This document shows positions 60,180 to 64,000 of a DNA stretch of 64,000 nucleotides, piece by piece. The stretch comes from Eledone cirrhosa. Lineage: Eukaryota. The notes beneath the pieces were generated by a model. That model worked only from the letters and a program-made list of their open reading frames with translations, was not told the DNA's origin and made no database searches. Numbering within the stretch: the first letter of the stretch is position 1; each line of letters starts with the position of its first letter. The stretch lies in the NCBI GenBank assembly GCA_964016885.1, contig OZ024756.1, positions 25,420,001 through 25,484,000 on the forward strand, read 5' to 3'. A program made the position numbers and the translations under genes.

Positions 60180-63100
60180 TGAATACGTGTCTGCCATTCT
60201 TCTACATCCAGTTTCTTTAAGGATCACCTGATGACGGATTATGGTACTCTGTCAAAGGCTTTCTTCAGATCAATAAAAACTGGATATAGTGGCTTACACT
60301 TAGCTAGGAACTTCTTTTGTAGTTGTTTTACTAAAAAGAGGGCATCTGTCATACTCCCCTTTGGCACAAAACCAAACTGCATCTCATCTAATTTGAATTT
60401 TTCCTTAATTAGTTGTGCTAAAACTTTTTCTATCACTTTTATAATTATAATTGGCCCTTTCCAGAGTATCACTTTTTCCTTTGTAACAATTAATGAGTAT
60501 ACTGCTACGTCAGTTATTAAGTATGACCACCTGCTGTATTACCTGATTGACTGGGCAAGTGACTAGTTCAGCTCCTACTTTCAGCATTTCAGTGACTATC
60601 TCAGATCGTCTTATCATTTTTCATCTATATATATATATCATCATCATCATCATTGTTTTAATCTGCTTTTCCATGCTTGATGGGTTGGATGGGTCTTTTC
60701 CAGCACAGTATCGCTCCACATGTTATGGTCTTTCATCATCTCCCCTGTGAGCTTCAGCAATTTGAGATCAGCTCTCAACCTTTACCCAGGTCTTCCTCTA
60801 CTGCAGTTTATTTCTACTAGGATTTCTTTACATTTCTTCACCCAGTGATCCTCATCTATATACATCACATGACCATACCAGCGCAGTTTTCTCTCCTGCA
60901 CACAATGTCTGATACCTTTTGTACTCAGCTTTTCTCTCAATTCATCCATTTGAACATGATTGGTTAATTTCTCTCCAGCCTTCACATATCCTATTCATTC
61001 ACTACTTATGTCTCATTCCCATGCAACATCACACACAGGCATCATACACCTAGTCTTTTATTCATAGAAAGTAATCTTTTGTTGTCAACAGAGGTAGTAG
61101 TTCCCTGAATTATTTCCATCCGGATCTTCTACAAGGGTGGGCTGACTATCAAGGAGTGGTGCTAGAGCTGTGAAATCTTGCATATGCATTAATTTCAACC
61201 CTTATTATTAATAACAGTATAGTTTTTTTCCAGGTAAACTGACATCTGACTGTTCAAAGAAGACTTCAAAAGTAACCAGTAGTGACTTCTCTTGAAAATG
61301 GACAAAATTTGGCAACATGGTGGTATCAAGTACCTGCAAAAAAAAGGTTTAGTCCCCAAGGACATTCATGCTGACATTGTTGCTACATTACGGGATGATA
61401 TTCCAGCTTTATCAACAATAAAAAGTGGACAGCTGAATTTAGGAGGGGAAGGGAGAGTGTTGAAGATGCCCCAAGGTCTGGGCGTACTGCAACTGCTACC
61501 ACACATTGATTGTGTTCACCACATGGGGGTGGATGGCAGGCGATCGACTATAAATCAAATAACCAATGCAATTAACATATTCCATGAGAGAGTTGAGAAT
61601 ATTCTACACAATGAACTTGGCATGACAAAAGTTTCTGCTTGGTGGGTGCCACATCTTCTGACACCTGATCAAAAGTGCACCAAGCTGATCACACCATGGG
61701 AAAATCTGACGTTTGGAGTAGATCCAGCTGGTTTCCTTGAACGTTTCCTAACCCAGGATGAGCAATGGGTTGATCATTTGGAATGAAAACACCCTTCTTC
61801 ACCTGCTCCAAAGAATGCCACGGTCATTTGTTTGGCAGGGAAGGTTATGACTTTAGTTCTTTGGGATGAAAAAGCATTGTGTTTATTGACTATTTTCAAA
61901 AGGATCACACCATCAATGCTGAGACAGTTACGGAAGTCTAACAAGACTAAACACCTAGGAAAACTGACAAAAGAGGTCTTGTTTTATCAGGACAATGCTC
62001 CAGCACACAAGTCATTGATTTCAATGGCTACTGTGCATGACTGGCTTTGAACTGGTTGATCACCCTCCTTATTCTCCTGATTTGGCCCCATCTGACTACC
62101 ATCTGTTCCCCAACATTAAAAAACACTTGGCCGAGAACCAGTATTGCAATGATGTTGATGTCATATTTGCTATTGATGACTTTTTTGATCAACAGGATAA
62201 AAGCTTCTTCACCAATGGGATCTAAGCACTGCAATGGAAGAAGTGTGTGGACCATAAGGGGAAGTATGTTGAAAAATAAACCTCATTTAATCACATTCTA
62301 TGAAAGTATCTTGGTCAGTTTATGAACTTTTCAAACAAGCCTTGTAGCTACCAAGCTCTCTGAGCACTCTCCTCCACTGCTAATTGTCTTACCTAAGTAG
62401 CAGAAACTATCCTTCCTTTCTGTAATTGGAAAATGTTTATTTTAATGATGCTTATATTACTATCCGTATGTATGTGCCACATACAGAGTTTACCTTTACA
62501 GTTAGTCTGCCTTCTATCCCACTACACCTCTTGTGTATCCATGATTTACATTCTTTACATCGTATAGAGTTTCTACATTATCTTTTCTACATATCGAGCA
62601 AGACCAATTTCCTGATGGGATCAGGGTCTTGTCTTCTCTCCTACTTATCAAAACTTTGTTTATTTTTCCTAAGTTTACTTTAATCCCCTTTAAGTCTCAG
62701 TTCTGTTTCCAAAGATGAAATTTCTTCTCTAGCTCTTCTATTGATTTAGATGTAAGAACCAGGTTGCCAGCATACAGAAAGTTCCATGGACACCCAGTCT
62801 TAAACTCTCCTTTATGGCCTAGAGAACTATAATAAACAGGAGTGGGCTGAGGACTGATTCCTAATGAATACCTACTTCCATATTGAATTCTGCACTAAAC
62901 TCATTACCTACTCTCACCTTACTGCCAACTTTTCTGTACATGGCTTGCACTGCTCTCACAAACCATTTTCCTATACCTAGTTTCCTTGGGGACCACCAGA
63001 TGACAGATCGGGGTACTGTCAAAGGCTTACTCCAGATCAACAAAAGCTAGCTTACATTTAGCTAGCAACTTCTCTAGTAGTTGTCTCACTAAGTATAGAG

Positions 63101-63850
63101 CATCTGTCGTGCTCCTCCCTGGCACAAAGCCAAACTGCATCTTAAACTTGACTCTTTCCTTAATTAACTGTGCTAAAACTCCATCACATTCATTACTTGG
63201 TCCATCAGTTTTATGCCTCTGTAGCTGCTCCTTTCCAAAGCATCACTATTTCCTTTGTAAAAATTAATGGGCATATAGCTATGCCAGTCATTGGGTATGA
63301 CCCCATTGATTATGCAGGTGACTAGTTTGACTCCTACTCCCCCAGGAGATTTTAGCATCTCCACAACTATCTATGACAGACCGTCAGCTTTATCATATTT
63401 CATCTCCTTGACCTGTCAATTTTGATAGCTAGTCTCTTTTCCTCCCACTCATTCTCCACAGTCATTAATCTCTCATAGTAGCATTTCCATCTCCAGGAAA
63501 GGATTTAGTATTCATAAACATCTGCCTATCCCATTTTCTGACAAGAAGATCTGCAGGGGATCTTCATAGATGTGATCCTTTTATTCTTTACTTAGACCTG
63601 ATTGTGATGCATAGATAGAGATAATTGTTGTCAATCTATTCTAAGCTTGATAATTCTCTCACTTATTCTAATTACTTTAATTACCTTATCTTGGAAAAAG
63701 CAATACATTCATTCATCTCCTCTCAAGCAACTCCACAATTTCTCTAGATTTACCTTTCAGAGTGCCAACATTAAGAGTAGCAGCCCTGAGATGTGTTACC
63801 TGACAGTTGTGGTTAGGTTGTCATTTGGTAGTAGCTTTCGTCACCTGAAA
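60180..63850 (-). mobile_element. Degenerate RTE-like LINE pieces (same family as 48780-51950), split by a mariner insertion
   Basis: MQFGFVP..SMTDALF.VKQLQ.K, FIDLKKAFDRVP, LRWYGHV, SYRGIKLMDQVM; LINE sequence resumes on both sides of 61132-62344. Confidence 0.85.
61132..62344 (+). mobile_element. Full-length but defective mariner (DD34D) transposon
   Basis: TA-flanked; LTQDEQWV, FYQDNAPAH, HPPYSPDLAPSDYHLF; several frameshifts; left TIR partly deleted. Confidence 0.92.
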
Positions 63851-64000
63851 TGGAAATCAGGTGTGCAATGGATTGAAAGCACTCAAGGGGTTCTTGCACT
63901 TGGCTATGCTCACCACCCTACTACTGTGCATAACACTAACATAACTAGTGTTAGAGTGAATCTTATATGTTGCGCTTTTCATAGTTTTTGGCAGGTTTTT

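Overview
AT-rich, microsatellite-dense animal genomic DNA. The SINE, RTE, Penelope and mariner repeat content suggests an octopus or other coleoid cephalopod (inference). One host gene could be fully reconstructed: a 9-exon Rhesus-family (Amt/Mep/Rh) ammonium transporter on the + strand. Its CDS is 13564-13684, 14955-15132, 17459-17609, 21307-21451, 25845-26008, 27856-27993, 28510-28640, 30084-30199, 32221-32399 (440 aa; all introns GT-AG with consistent phases). The rest is transposon-derived: Naiad-type Penelope-like GIY-YIG fragments with inverted terminal repeats, RTE, CRE and R4/Dong-type LINE relics, mariner copies, MITEs, a Helitron-like element, SINEs and minisatellites. Main findings: (1) a 4.5-kb array of near-identical 470-bp monomers, each carrying a minimal type I hammerhead ribozyme and folded back into a giant palindrome (retrozyme-like); (2) about 10 further canonical and about 7 variant-core hammerheads across the window; (3) the Rh exon 4 splice acceptor amplified into about 35 decoy copies in a 3-kb GTT-rich repeat, plus a second, exactly duplicated acceptor before exon 8; (4) inverted SINE pairs and long foldbacks bracketing Rh exons.
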